From Gammaproteobacteria bacterium (lineage in GTDB: Bacteria; Pseudomonadota; Gammaproteobacteria; UBA1113): DNA of 52,472 nt. A model generated the notes under the pieces. The model was given only the letters and a program-made list of their open reading frames with translations, was not told where the DNA came from and did not search any database. The translations under genes were made by a program, and so were the position numbers. Below are positions 36,718 through 48,565 of the stretch, piece by piece; the first letter of the stretch is position 1, and each line of letters begins with the position of its first letter. Location: NCBI GenBank assembly GCA_009885935.1, contig VFJT01000028.1, forward strand, positions 1 through 52,472, in the 5' to 3' direction.

Positions 36718-38163
36718 ATGACTAAGCCGAATGAGACACTCGAAAACTTACTCCAGCAAGACTACGAGCACGGTTTTATCACCGACATCGAATCCGATAC
36801 CCTGCCGCCAGGCTTAAATGCAGACACGGTACGCGCTATTTCAGCTAAAAAAAATGAACCGGAATTTATGTTGGCGTGGCGCTTAAAAGCTTATGAATAC
36901 TGGCGTCATTTAACAGAGCCCCATTGGGCGCATCTCAAATATGGGCCTATAGACTATCAAGCCATTAGTTATTACTCCGCACCTAAAGTAACAGAAGGGC
37001 CTAAGGATTTAAGCGAAGTCGATCCTAAGCTCATTGAAACCTACAATAAATTAGGCATTCCTTTAAAGGAACAAGAATGGTTGGCAGGTGTAGCCGTAGA
37101 TGCCGTTTTTGACAGTATCTCGGTCGCCACCACCTTTAAAGATAAATTAAACGAAATGGGTATTATTTTCTGCTCTTTTTCCGATGCAGTACAAAATCAT
37201 CCCGATTTAATACAACAATACCTAGGTAGCGTAGTACCGCACACCGATAATTTTTTCGCCTCCTTAAATGCAGCCGTATTCAGTGATGGCTCCTTTGTTT
37301 ATATTCCTCCCGGCGTGCGCTGCCCTATGGAATTGTCGACCTATTTCCGCATCAATGCGCGTTCTACCGGCCAATTTGAACGCACGCTGATCATCGCCGA
37401 TGAAGGCGCTTATGTCAGCTATTTAGAAGGCTGTACCGCGCCACAACGCGATGAAAACCAATTACATGCCGCCGTCGTTGAACTCATCGCTTTAGATAAA
37501 GCACAGATCAAATACTCCACCGTACAAAATTGGTATCCAGGCGATGAAAACGGCGTAGGCGGTATTTATAATTTTGTCACCAAACGCGGTGAATGTAGAG
37601 GCCATCACTCCAAAATCAGTTGGACGCAAGTGGAAACAGGCTCTGCCATCACATGGAAATACCCTAGTGTGATATTGAAAGGCGATTATAGCGTCGGTGA
37701 ATTTTATTCCGTAGCCTTAACCAATCACCATCAACAAGCCGATACCGGCACCAAAATGATACATATAGGGCAACACACTAAAAGTACGGTCATTGCCAAA
37801 GGTATTTCAGCCGGTTTTGCGCAAAACACGTATCGTGGTTTAATCAAAGTATTGGCACACGCCGATGGCGCACATAATTATACCCGCTGCGACTCCCTAT
37901 TAATGGGCACGCATTGCGGCGCGCACACTTTCCCGCATATAGAAAGTAAAAACAGCCGTGCGCGCATCGAACATGAAGCTTCTACCTCTAAAATCAGCGA
38001 AGATCAATTGTTTTATTTAGCCCAGCGCGGCATAGACACCGAAAATGCGGTATCGATGATCGTCAATGGCTTTTGTAAGGAAGTGATGAAAACACTACCG
38101 ATGGAGTTTGCAGTAGAAGCGAGAAAGTTATTGGGTTTAAGTTTAGAAGGTTCCATAGGTTAG
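36718..38163 (+). CDS. sufB: Fe-S cluster assembly protein SufB
   Basis: 481 aa and collinear with SufB. It is followed by sufC and sufD. Confidence 0.93.
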   Translation: MTKPNETLENLLQQDYEHGFITDIESDTLPPGLNADTVRAISAKKNEPEFMLAWRLKAYEYWRHLTEPHWAHLKYGPIDYQAISYYSAPKVTEGPKDLSEVDPKLIETYNKLGIPLKEQEWLAGVAVDAVFDSISVATTFKDKLNEMGIIFCSFSDAVQNHPDLIQQYLGSVVPHTDNFFASLNAAVFSDGSFVYIPPGVRCPMELSTYFRINARSTGQFERTLIIADEGAYVSYLEGCTAPQRDENQLHAAVVELIALDKAQIKYSTVQNWYPGDENGVGGIYNFVTKRGECRGHHSKISWTQVETGSAITWKYPSVILKGDYSVGEFYSVALTNHHQQADTGTKMIHIGQHTKSTVIAKGISAGFAQNTYRGLIKVLAHADGAHNYTRCDSLLMGTHCGAHTFPHIESKNSRARIEHEASTSKISEDQLFYLAQRGIDTENAVSMIVNGFCKEVMKTLPMEFAVEARKLLGLSLEGSIG

Positions 38164-38172
38164 GAGAAAGTA

Positions 38173-38928
38173 ATGTTAACAATAAAGAATTTACAGGCGA
38201 GCATAGAAGATAAGGCGATTTTAAAGGGCATTCATCTTAGCATCAAGCCAGGCGAAGTGCATGCGATTATGGGCCCTAATGGATCAGGCAAAAGCACTTT
38301 AGCCAACGTATTGGCAGGCCGCGAAGAATATCAGATTACCGCCGGCACTATGCATTATCAAGGCATCGATTTAAGCACCTTAACAGCCGATGAACGCGCA
38401 CATTTAGGTTTATTCCTAAGCTTTCAATATCCGGTAGAGATTCCTGGCGTATCTAATCTATATTTATTAAAATCCGCCTTAAATGCCAAACGCAAACACA
38501 TGGGCTTAGAAGAAATCGATGCCATCGATTTCTTGAGCATCGTTAGAGAGAAAATGAAATTACTGCACATGGATGACAGTTATCTGTATAGGGATGTGAA
38601 TAGCGGCTTTTCCGGCGGCGAAAAAAAGCGTAATGAAATTTTGCAATTGCTGTTACTAGAACCCAGCTTATGCATCTTGGATGAAACCGATTCGGGTTTA
38701 GACATCGATGCTTTGCGTATCGTTGCAGAAGGGATTAATTTAATGCGCAATGAAAAGCGCAGCATTTTACTCATCACCCACTATCAGCGTTTATTGGATT
38801 ATATCAAGCCCGATGTAGTACATATATTGTCTGAAGGTAAAATCGTCGCCGAGGGAGATTATACGCTAGCAACCCAATTAGAAGCCGAAGGATATGAACC
38901 CTTTCTACAAAAAAAGACTGGGGGCTAA
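38173..38928 (+). CDS. sufC: Fe-S cluster assembly ATPase SufC
   Basis: Walker A GPNGSGKST, ABC signature FSGGEKKR, and Walker B ILDETDSGLD. Confidence 0.93.
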   Translation: MLTIKNLQASIEDKAILKGIHLSIKPGEVHAIMGPNGSGKSTLANVLAGREEYQITAGTMHYQGIDLSTLTADERAHLGLFLSFQYPVEIPGVSNLYLLKSALNAKRKHMGLEEIDAIDFLSIVREKMKLLHMDDSYLYRDVNSGFSGGEKKRNEILQLLLLEPSLCILDETDSGLDIDALRIVAEGINLMRNEKRSILLITHYQRLLDYIKPDVVHILSEGKIVAEGDYTLATQLEAEGYEPFLQKKTGG

Positions 38929-38931
38929 AGC

Positions 38932-40227
38932 ATGAGTCACGACATGATCTCTCAAAGCCTATTTGCAGCCTGCGCAGTACTTCCAGGCTGGGATAAGCAT
39001 TTAAGGTTAGACGCTTGGCAAAACTGGCAAACGATGCCTTTGCCCACGATACGCGATGAAGCGTGGAAATACACTAATCTTGCACGTTTGGAAAAAACCA
39101 TTTTTATTAAACCAGCCACCACCCCCTCTAGCTTAACGCTAAACGATATTCCTTTGACTATCCCAGAAGATCGATTTTGTTTTATCAATGGTTCCTTTAA
39201 TCCAGCCTTATCTGCGCCCTTAAATGCAGAGTCGTATTTATTGTCACAACGCGCTTGGCCCAGTATTCCTAAAAAACAACAAACCCCCGTCTCCTATTTT
39301 GAACGTTTAAATGCAGCGATGCTGAGCGATGGTCTTTATTTAGATATTAAAAAAAATTCAAACAACCCTATTTATTTAGTGTTATTGCAAGATAAAACAG
39401 CTGAATTCAGCACCCATCATCTACGCCATCGTATTAAAGTCCATGCTGGGATCAAAAGCGAAATCGTTATTGTAGATTGGGGCTTAGCAGATACCACCAG
39501 CCTGACTACTTATGTTATAGATATAGAACTAAGCGAAGGCGCAGAATTGAATTGTATCCATCTTAAAAAAGCCGGAACACAAGGCTACCATATACGTCAA
39601 ACCCACGCTCATTTGGCTAAGAACAGTCATCTTAATCATTTCAATTTTGACTTTGGCGCAAAATTATCGCGCAATGAAATTTCCGCCTGGTTGCAAGGAG
39701 AACACGCGGCTTGCCAATTAAACGGTTTAGCCTTAGCCAGAGCCCAGGATCACATAGACAATCAAACTAAAATCGGCCATCTGGCGCCTAAAACAAACAG
39801 CTTAGAACAGTATCGCGGTATTATCGATGATAAAGCCTGTCATATTTTTCACGGCCATGTGTTGATCGATGCCCATGCGCCAGATAGTATCGCTAACCAA
39901 CAGAATAAAAATATTCTCTTGACTTCCACCGGCCAGGCCTATGCAGAACCCCAATTAGAAATCTACAATCAAAATGTGCAATGCATCCATGGTGCCACCG
40001 TGGGGGATATAGATGCAGAGGCTTTGTTTTACTTGCGATCACGCGGCCTAAGCGATGAAATCGCACGTCAATTGTTGATCTTTGGTTTTGCGCGCAGTAT
40101 CTTAGAAACCATCCATGATAAAAGCTTGCAAAGTGAATTGGCACTGTGGATTAAAACCCATTTGGCTCTAGACAGCGAACTCATTTTAGACCTATATAGA
40201 GAAGACGATCATGAAGACATTAACTGA
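38932..40227 (+). CDS. sufD: Fe-S cluster assembly protein SufD
   Basis: 431 aa with a SufBD-family C-terminal beta-helix region. Its operon position supports the call. Confidence 0.85.
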   Translation: MSHDMISQSLFAACAVLPGWDKHLRLDAWQNWQTMPLPTIRDEAWKYTNLARLEKTIFIKPATTPSSLTLNDIPLTIPEDRFCFINGSFNPALSAPLNAESYLLSQRAWPSIPKKQQTPVSYFERLNAAMLSDGLYLDIKKNSNNPIYLVLLQDKTAEFSTHHLRHRIKVHAGIKSEIVIVDWGLADTTSLTTYVIDIELSEGAELNCIHLKKAGTQGYHIRQTHAHLAKNSHLNHFNFDFGAKLSRNEISAWLQGEHAACQLNGLALARAQDHIDNQTKIGHLAPKTNSLEQYRGIIDDKACHIFHGHVLIDAHAPDSIANQQNKNILLTSTGQAYAEPQLEIYNQNVQCIHGATVGDIDAEALFYLRSRGLSDEIARQLLIFGFARSILETIHDKSLQSELALWIKTHLALDSELILDLYREDDHEDIN

Positions 40228-41440
40228 TGCTGATATAACTCGCATACGCAGCGAATTTCCTATCTTAAACACGACCGTTAAGGGGCATCCCTTGGTGTAT
40301 CTGGATAATGCCAACACCAGCCAAAAACCGCAATGTGTTATCAATGCTCTAAAAGATTATTACGAACGGTACAATGCTAATATCTATCGCGGATTGTATG
40401 AATTAAGCGAATTGGCTACAGCGGCTTATGAAGGCGCACGCCTGCGTGTGGCACAATTTTTAAATGCCAAGGACGATTGCGAGATTATTTTTGTCAAAGG
40501 CACTACCGAGGCGATTAACTTGGTGGCTCAGTCTTACGCTAGACCTTTACTCAAGCCCGGCGACGAAGTGTTGATCACGGCCTTAGAACATCACTCCAAT
40601 ATAGTTCCCTGGCAATTAGTGTGTGAGCAAACAGGCGCTACTCTGCGTGTTGCGCCCATTAATCTGCAAGGTGAAGTTATTGTAGAAGAATATGAAAAAT
40701 GTCTATCCGAGAAAACCAAAATAGTCGCTATGGCACATATTTCTAATGCGTTGGGTACTATCAATCCTATTGCCAAAATGATTGCTAAGGCGCATGCCGT
40801 AGGCGCCGTCACCGTCATCGATGGCGCGCAAGCAGCGCCGCATACCGCGATAGATGTACAAGCCTTAAATTGCGATTTTTATGCCTTTTCCAGTCACAAG
40901 ATATATGGCCCTACGGGTATAGGCGTATTGTATGGTAAAAAAGCCTTGTTAGACGCCATGCCCCCTTATCAGGGCGGTGGTGAAATGATTAAATCGGTTA
41001 CTTTTGAAAAAACAACCTACCAAGATCTACCCTTGAAATTCGAAGCGGGTACTCAGCACATTGAAGGTGTCATAGGTTTGAAAGTAGCTTTAGATTACGT
41101 CGCTGAAATTGGCTTTGAAGCGATAAACCATCACGAACATGAGTTACTTTTATATGCCACTCAATTGGCGCGCCAGCATAACTTGAGAATCATAGGTGAA
41201 GCCAAAGAGAAAGCGAGTATATTATCCTTTACTGTAGATAATATACACGCGCACGATGTAGGTACCATACTCAACCATTATGGCGTCGCCGTGCGCGCAG
41301 GCCATCATTGCGCCATGCCGGTAATGGAGTTTTTCCAAGTACCGGCAACGCTGCGCGCTTCTTTTGCTTTTTACAATACGAAGGCAGAAATTGATATCTT
41401 GTTTAATGCCTTACAGAAGGTACGGGAGATATTTAAATGA
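40211..41440 (+). CDS. sufS: Cysteine desulfurase SufS (group II)
   Basis: LDNANTSQKP, PLP lysine in SSHKIYGPTGIG, and catalytic Cys in RAGHHCAMP. It overlaps the sufD stop. Confidence 0.92.
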   Translation: MKTLTDADITRIRSEFPILNTTVKGHPLVYLDNANTSQKPQCVINALKDYYERYNANIYRGLYELSELATAAYEGARLRVAQFLNAKDDCEIIFVKGTTEAINLVAQSYARPLLKPGDEVLITALEHHSNIVPWQLVCEQTGATLRVAPINLQGEVIVEEYEKCLSEKTKIVAMAHISNALGTINPIAKMIAKAHAVGAVTVIDGAQAAPHTAIDVQALNCDFYAFSSHKIYGPTGIGVLYGKKALLDAMPPYQGGGEMIKSVTFEKTTYQDLPLKFEAGTQHIEGVIGLKVALDYVAEIGFEAINHHEHELLLYATQLARQHNLRIIGEAKEKASILSFTVDNIHAHDVGTILNHYGVAVRAGHHCAMPVMEFFQVPATLRASFAFYNTKAEIDILFNALQKVREIFK

Positions 41441-41474
41441 ATAAAACCGTCTTACTTCAATCTACGCACAAGAT

Positions 41475-41532
41475 CGTAGGGGCAACCCCCTGTGGTTGCC
41501 CTTTCGGGCAGGCACGGGGGCCTGCCCCTACG
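41475..41532. repeat. REP/BIME-like double hairpin (dimer) inside the suf operon
   Basis: cgtaggggcaaccccctgtggttgccc-tttc-gggcaggcacgggggcctgcccctacg. It lies between sufS and sufU. Confidence 0.85.
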
Positions 41533-41566
41533 CATGGCATTGCTATAGTCCGAGGAATAGTTACAA

Positions 41567-42025
41567 ATGAACGATGATTTAATAGAGCTGTATCAAGAAG
41601 TAATCATGGAGCATAACCGTAACCCACGCAATTATGGTGTTTTGGCCAACGCCAATCGTGAGGCCTCCGGTTTTAACCCCCTGTGTGGCGATAAAATTCA
41701 TTTGAAATTACATATCGCTGCGGACAACACAATCACCGCCGTGATGTTTGAAGGCAGTGGCTGTGCCATATCCATTGCCTCAGCTTCGCTATTAACAGAA
41801 ATCTTGCACCGAAAAACGGTTGCCGAAGCGTATACCTTATTTGAACAATTTCATGAACTCTTAACCGGACACCCTTCCGATATTCCATTAGGCAAATTAG
41901 CCGTATTTGCCGGCGTGAATGCTTTTCCGGCTCGAGTCAAATGCGCGACCTTAGCTTGGCATACTCTAAAAGCCGCTTTACTCAATAACAACGTCATTGT
42001 TTCAACGGAGACAGGCCATGAATGA
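41567..42025 (+). CDS. sufU: SufU-type (zinc-dependent) sulfur transfer / scaffold protein
   Basis: NPRNYG, NPLCGD, EGSGCAISIASAS and FPARVKCATLAW parallel B. subtilis SufU. There is no LPPVK motif. Confidence 0.85.
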   Translation: MNDDLIELYQEVIMEHNRNPRNYGVLANANREASGFNPLCGDKIHLKLHIAADNTITAVMFEGSGCAISIASASLLTEILHRKTVAEAYTLFEQFHELLTGHPSDIPLGKLAVFAGVNAFPARVKCATLAWHTLKAALLNNNVIVSTETGHE

Positions 42026-42347
42026 TATTAGCGATACAGATAACCAATTAAAAGACCGTATTATTAGCGCCTTGAAGGAAATTTACGACCCGGAAATTCC
42101 GGTCAATATTTATGACCTAGGTTTAATCTACAGAATCGACATCGATGAAAACGCCATCGTTCATTTAGACATGACCTTAACGGCGCCCGGTTGCCCCGTG
42201 GCTCAAACCTTTCCCATTCAAGTCGCTGACGCTATACGTGCCGTTCCCGGCGTAGAAGATGTAGAATTAGAAATGGTGTGGGATCCGCCCTGGTCAGTGG
42301 AACGTATGACCGAAGAAGCCAAAGTAGCTTTAGGTTTTTTTGATTAA
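42018..42347 (+). CDS. sufT: SufT-like DUF59 Fe-S assembly protein
   Basis: IYDPEIPVNIYDLGLIY and LTAPGCP are present. ATG 42018 has a ggaga Shine-Dalgarno and overlaps the sufU stop. Confidence 0.75.
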   Translation: MNDISDTDNQLKDRIISALKEIYDPEIPVNIYDLGLIYRIDIDENAIVHLDMTLTAPGCPVAQTFPIQVADAIRAVPGVEDVELEMVWDPPWSVERMTEEAKVALGFFD

Positions 42348-42349
42348 AT

Positions 42350-42376
42350 CGTAGGGGCGGACCCCCGTGTACGCCC
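42350..42376. repeat. REP monomer (one stem mismatch)
   Basis: cgtaggggcggacccccgtgtacgccc. It lies between sufT and the Rieske gene. Confidence 0.7.
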
Positions 42377-42401
42377 TTTAAAAATAGGAGGAATACCACT
42401 C

Positions 42402-42722
42402 ATGACCTCACATTGGCTTACAGTCTGTGCCCTAGAAGATATCCCTGTAGGGGAATGGATTACCTTTGATACGGGCGTAGAAGAATTACTGATCATCAAC
42501 CTAGAAGGCTCTATTTACGCCATACAAGACCTCTGCTCGCACGACGGAGGCAATTTGGCCGATGGTGAACTAGATGGTAATGAAATCGTTTGTCCGCGCC
42601 ATGGAGCGCGCTTTTGCGTCAAGACCGGTCAAGTAACCACTCCACCGGCTTATGAAGACATTAAAGCTTTTCCCACTCGTATCCAAAATGGCATAATTGA
42701 GATAGAAATTGAGTTGGATTAA
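42402..42722 (+). CDS. Rieske [2Fe-2S] ferredoxin-like protein
   Basis: 106 aa with CSHDG ... CPRHGARF (CxH...CxxH). Confidence 0.82.
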   Translation: MTSHWLTVCALEDIPVGEWITFDTGVEELLIINLEGSIYAIQDLCSHDGGNLADGELDGNEIVCPRHGARFCVKTGQVTTPPAYEDIKAFPTRIQNGIIEIEIELD

Positions 42723-43183
42723 TCTATATAGCCATCAGGTTTAACTAAGTCAATAAAATACTTATACGGCATTTGAATGGCCTCATTGTATAGTCCGGCA
42801 TTAAAAATAACAGCACGATCGATATGAAAGACGCGCGATAGGTAGACTGGCATTTGGTATAAATGGCCAAAGGGGGGTATTGCTCCACGCTCACAATCTG
42901 GAAAGTGCTGGCTAAACTCTTTTTCCGCCACCAAACTCACTGTTGGAGTTGAAAAGATCTTTTGTAAATAACGTACATCCACACGTTCACACGCAGGCAC
43001 TACCAGCATAGTCAAAACTTTTTTGACTTTGACTATAACTACCTTTGCATATTGATATCCTGAGACATGCGTTACTTCGGCATTTTCTTGTGCGGTATAC
43101 ACGGGCGTATGTGTAATGCTCACATAATGCGCATGAGAATCATCTAAATAGTGCTGTACAGTGACTGCTGCCATTGGACTCAC
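42719..43183 (-). CDS. YbaK/EbsC-like (aminoacyl-tRNA deacylase fold) domain protein
   Basis: 154 aa. The overall pattern, including GAIPPFGH, is reminiscent of YbaK-domain proteins. This assignment is from memory only. Confidence 0.45.
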   Translation of the reverse strand: MSPMAAVTVQHYLDDSHAHYVSITHTPVYTAQENAEVTHVSGYQYAKVVIVKVKKVLTMLVVPACERVDVRYLQKIFSTPTVSLVAEKEFSQHFPDCERGAIPPFGHLYQMPVYLSRVFHIDRAVIFNAGLYNEAIQMPYKYFIDLVKPDGYID

Positions 43184-43277
43184 CCCCCGCTATATCTATA
43201 TGGTGTGCTATAAGAAGTATAGACCAATTTGGTCTAATTTTATACATTTTTAGAGGTGGAAAGCCCTTTGCGCCTAT

Positions 43278-45305
<2,028 letters not shown>

Positions 45306-45511
45306 TCAGCTAAACAACTACAGCCTATTATCATCCTAAAAAGTGCTTTTTCATATCAAAAAAAAGAAAATTTCGTAAATTTTTATAGGTTTTTTTAAAA
45401 AATATATTTAAATTTACTTTTTTTCACTGTAAACTACCTCTTATCGGCTAGGGATGGCACTAAAAACGGTAAATTTATGAAAATTTTTACTGTTTTTTCT
45501 CTAAAACCGTG

Positions 45512-45541
45512 TTGACATAAAAAAAATGTGCTATCTTTACT
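45512..45541 (+). promoter_or_regulatory. Candidate sigma70 promoter of the histone-like gene
   Basis: TTGACA (45512-45517), an 18-nt spacer, then TTTACT (45536-45541). A-tract-rich DNA lies upstream. Confidence 0.3.
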
Positions 45542-45550
45542 GGTGATCAC

Positions 45551-45582
45551 GTTATGATAATGAGTTAGCTCATTATCGTAAC
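45551..45582. promoter_or_regulatory. Inverted repeat in the leader of the histone-like gene
   Basis: GTTATGATAATGAG-ttag-CTCATTATCGTAAC, with 13/14 complementary. It lies between the putative -10 box and the Shine-Dalgarno aaggaga. Confidence 0.4.
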
Positions 45583-45616
45583 TTTTAACTGTAGTGGTAA
45601 TCAAGGAGAAGACAAC

Positions 45617-46231
45617 ATGGCAAAGTCCATACGTAAACACGCAAAGACAGCAGCTAAACCTGCCCGTAAGAGCGTAGCCAAAAAGGCGTCACGGAAAGTA
45701 GCTTCAAAGGGTGCAAGCAAGCGCGAGCAAGCTTTGAAGAAACAAATGCAAGCCGTGGCAAAGAAAATGGCAGCAGCTAAAAAAGAAGTAGCAAAGAAGA
45801 TCGCTAAGATCAAGGCTGCTGCAGCTGCTGAACTGAAAAAGCAATTAGCCGCAGCTTATCATAGAGGCGTACAGGAAGCTGTAGCAGCATTCAAGAAAGT
45901 GGAAGCTTCTTTGTCAAAAGGCGTTAAAAAGCCTGCTAAGAAGAAGTCTAGTGCTAAGAAACGTACTGCTAAGAAATCTACAGCCAAAAAGAGCACGGCT
46001 AAGAAATCTGGCGTAAAAAAGAGCACTGCTAAGAAAGTTGGCGCTAAGAAGAAAGTCGCTAAGAAAAGCACCGCTAAGAAAAGCACCGCTAAGAAAAGCG
46101 TCGCTAAGAAAAGCACTGCGAAAAAAACTGTAGCGCATAAAGCTCGCAAAAGCGTAGCTAAAAAGCGTCCTACAGCCGCTCGCAAGGCTAAACGTACCGC
46201 TAAGCACCACAAGGTTGCTGCAGCAAGCTAA
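45617..46231 (+). CDS. Histone H1-like, Lys/Ala-rich nucleoid protein
   Basis: 204 aa and extremely basic. The C-terminal half is about 12 tandem pentapeptides of (A/V)KKS(T/V). There is a strong Shine-Dalgarno and a downstream terminator. The composition is like Coxiella Hq1, Chlamydia Hc1 or Pseudomonas AlgP. Confidence 0.75.
   Translation: MAKSIRKHAKTAAKPARKSVAKKASRKVASKGASKREQALKKQMQAVAKKMAAAKKEVAKKIAKIKAAAAAELKKQLAAAYHRGVQEAVAAFKKVEASLSKGVKKPAKKKSSAKKRTAKKSTAKKSTAKKSGVKKSTAKKVGAKKKVAKKSTAKKSTAKKSVAKKSTAKKTVAHKARKSVAKKRPTAARKAKRTAKHHKVAAAS
45935..46127 (+). repeat. 15-bp in-frame tandem repeat array (gctaagaaaagcacc-like)
   Basis: Read directly from the sequence. Adjacent perfect copies occur around 46064-46093. 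Confidence 0.8.
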
Positions 46232-46260
46232 AAATGCTTTTTTAGCTAAAAAATAGCCAG

Positions 46261-46297
46261 AAAGCCACACTATTTAGGTAGTGTGGCTTTTTTTATG
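46261..46297 (+). terminator. Rho-independent terminator of the histone-like gene
   Basis: A 12-bp stem aaagccacacta/tagtgtggcttt with loop tttagg, followed by a T-run. Confidence 0.8.
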
Positions 46298-46323
46298 GGT
46301 TAGAGGGTGTCATCATATATTCT

Positions 46324-46386
46324 CCGAGCCGCGACCGTAAGGGAGCGGATGTTTGAAAAACCCGCTTCCTTACGGTCGCGGCTCGG
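46324..46386. repeat. Long palindromic repeat (second family), full copy
   Basis: ccgagccgcgaccgtaagggagcgg-N13-ccgcttccttacggtcgcggctcgg. A truncated relative lies at 29390-29437. Confidence 0.6.
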
Positions 46387-46414
46387 AATTTCATTCTTAT
46401 TAGGGTTGTTTTCT

Positions 46415-47245
46415 TCATTCGTCGATAGATAGTACAACTTGCATTTCTAAAAATGAACTGAGTAACTTCGTCACTTCGTCTGGCTGCTCTAAATTAGCAA
46501 TATGGCCCGCATTCTTAATCACGGCTAGTTTGCCATTATGTAATCGATCGGCCATATCTTTCGCTTCTGATGGCGGCCTAGGAATATCATCTGCACCTAC
46601 ACCCACCAAAGTAGGCTGCTTAATTTCTGGCAAACGCGCTAGCAAGCAATCGCGCGTAAAGATCATTTTACCTAGAGTCACAATTCCAGGAATATTGTCC
46701 GCGGGCATTGCCATTAAACGCGCTTTTAATGCTTGAACTATTTCTGGATTATTCGCACAAGTCTTTGGCGAAAAAAATAAGGGGGCAATCACCGTTGCTA
46801 ATTCAGCAGAAACTCCTTTTTTTGCCACCATGTCTGCCATCATAGCCAAATATTTTTTCTGGGTAACTTCAGGCTCAGCGCCTACATAGGTATCCATGAT
46901 GACCAAAGCGCTGACGGCTTCAGGGTGATCTAAGGTCAGTTGCACCCCCCACATGCCCCCTACGGATAAACCGACAATGGCAAATTTCTCTAGACCTAAA
47001 TTTTGTGTAAATTGCCAATAATCATCGGCCAGCTGCTTCATAGTATAGCTATCGGCATTGAGATGATCGGACTGACCGTGATCCCATAAATCGACGACTA
47101 GACAGCGGTACTGTTGTGACAATGCCGCCAGTTGCGGCGCCCACATACGCTCATCCCATAAAAAACTATGGCCGAATAGGATGGGGAAACCCTCACCCTG
47201 ATCGGTATAATGTAAATTACGTCCGTTGATTGTCATAAATGGCAT
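46415..47245 (-). CDS. Alpha/beta-fold hydrolase
   Basis: 276 aa with an HGxxxxxxxW-type N-terminus (GHSFLWDERMW), a nucleophile elbow GLSVGG, and a C-terminal GH (NAGHIANLEQP). Confidence 0.8.
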   Translation of the reverse strand: MPFMTINGRNLHYTDQGEGFPILFGHSFLWDERMWAPQLAALSQQYRCLVVDLWDHGQSDHLNADSYTMKQLADDYWQFTQNLGLEKFAIVGLSVGGMWGVQLTLDHPEAVSALVIMDTYVGAEPEVTQKKYLAMMADMVAKKGVSAELATVIAPLFFSPKTCANNPEIVQALKARLMAMPADNIPGIVTLGKMIFTRDCLLARLPEIKQPTLVGVGADDIPRPPSEAKDMADRLHNGKLAVIKNAGHIANLEQPDEVTKLLSSFLEMQVVLSIDE

Positions 47246-47266
47246 GTTTATTCTCCTTTCAAACTA

Positions 47267-47293
47267 GGGCGGGCACGGGGGCCCGCCCCTACG
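47267..47293. repeat. REP monomer
   Basis: gggcgggcacgggggcccgcccctacg. It lies between the rdgC stop and the hydrolase start. Confidence 0.8.
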
Positions 47294-47317
47294 AAAACCA
47301 GGCGCACCGATCTGCCT

Positions 47318-48259
47318 CTACGCTGGAATTGCACCTTTTTTCGCAGCCACTGCTACTTTTTCCTCAACCCCTTCCAAGGCAGCTAATAAAGACGGCAAGA
47401 AAGCTGCAAACTCCCCACTACACAAAATAAACTCGGCATCAAATTGATCTACCGTTGTTTCGTTTCCCACTTCTACCGCTTCTTCTTGAATTAAGTCGGT
47501 AAACTGAATGCGCTTGATGCTAAAATCGTCTTCTAAGATAAAACTTAAGCGTTCTTGCCACATCATTTTTAGCCTAAACAATTCTTTGCCTGCTAATAAA
47601 TGTTGGGTGACTTCCTCGCTTTCTACCGCTTGATTTAAACATTTAATGACATTCTTAGCCTGACGTGGATCGCGTAATTCGCAATAATCATTAAAAGCAA
47701 AACCCTCAGCTGATTTACCTGCAATGGCCCATTGCGTCAGTGTACGGCTAATAGAATGTTCCACACTGACGGCTTCCAATTGAATATTAGGCAAGGATTT
47801 TTTCAGTAAAATAATAAATTCTTCGGCTTTAGCGCGACGGCTCGCGTTGATTATCAACCATTGATGGCGCTTATCAAAATAAGCATAGGTAACGTCGCCT
47901 TTGGTAAAGGCTCTAGGCAATAAATGCAGCGTCACTTCTTCTTGCAAAGCACGTTTATCCCTAGCGCTCACCTTACGCCCTTCTTGCTCTATGGCTAATA
48001 ATTTTTGTTGCACTTGCTCACGGATCACGCTTTGCGGTAATAGTTTTTCTTCTTTACGCAATGCCAACATGATGCAACCTGCGGCTTCATGGGTTAAGCG
48101 ATCATGCCCCACCCCCAACGGCGCCGCCCAACCTATAGTCAGATGTTCTAATTGCCCACAAGGCCTGCTGGGTAAATCTGCCAATACTTCATGCAATTCT
48201 TCGGCGTTGTATTCAAACGGACTTAAGACTCGATACGCTAGTATATTTTTAAACCACAT
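47318..48259 (-). CDS. rdgC: Recombination-associated protein RdgC
   Basis: MWFKNILAYRV..., LRKEEKLLP and LLPRAF parallel E. coli RdgC. I trimmed the start to ATG 48259. Confidence 0.85.
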   Translation of the reverse strand: MWFKNILAYRVLSPFEYNAEELHEVLADLPSRPCGQLEHLTIGWAAPLGVGHDRLTHEAAGCIMLALRKEEKLLPQSVIREQVQQKLLAIEQEGRKVSARDKRALQEEVTLHLLPRAFTKGDVTYAYFDKRHQWLIINASRRAKAEEFIILLKKSLPNIQLEAVSVEHSISRTLTQWAIAGKSAEGFAFNDYCELRDPRQAKNVIKCLNQAVESEEVTQHLLAGKELFRLKMMWQERLSFILEDDFSIKRIQFTDLIQEEAVEVGNETTVDQFDAEFILCSGEFAAFLPSLLAALEGVEEKVAVAAKKGAIPA

Positions 48260-48565
48260 ATAAACCTCTCTGAATGGATGCGGCATGATAGCATATTTGG
48301 TGACTGGCACTCATTCGAAGCAATATCCTAACTCGACCAATAGCTGCTCGTTAATTATACAAAAAATACGGTTTTATATAATTTTTAGTGAAACCTTGAA
48401 ATTGAGCAATATTTTTGTTAAATTACCGTTTCTGTTAAGGTGCTCTTAAGCTTCTTGCAGTTAAAAAATATATAAAAAGCGTAGGTTCTAGTCAAAATAT
48501 GCGCTTATATAAACAGCATCACGCCTTTTTATAAAAATTAATTATTTAACCGAGGGGAAAATAAC

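Noticed and set aside
45551-45582. Fur box in the histone-like gene leader
   Set aside because: The arms GATAATGAG and CTCATTATC resemble Fur half-sites, but they are separated by 4 nt instead of 1. The 19-bp consensus geometry is therefore not met. I kept it only as a generic inverted repeat.
45859-46270. Two overlapping minus-strand ORFs of 117-118 aa
   Set aside because: They are mirror-image low-complexity translations (Phe/Leu/Ala-rich) of the Lys/Ala repeat gene on the plus strand. The plus-strand gene has the Shine-Dalgarno, promoter and terminator.
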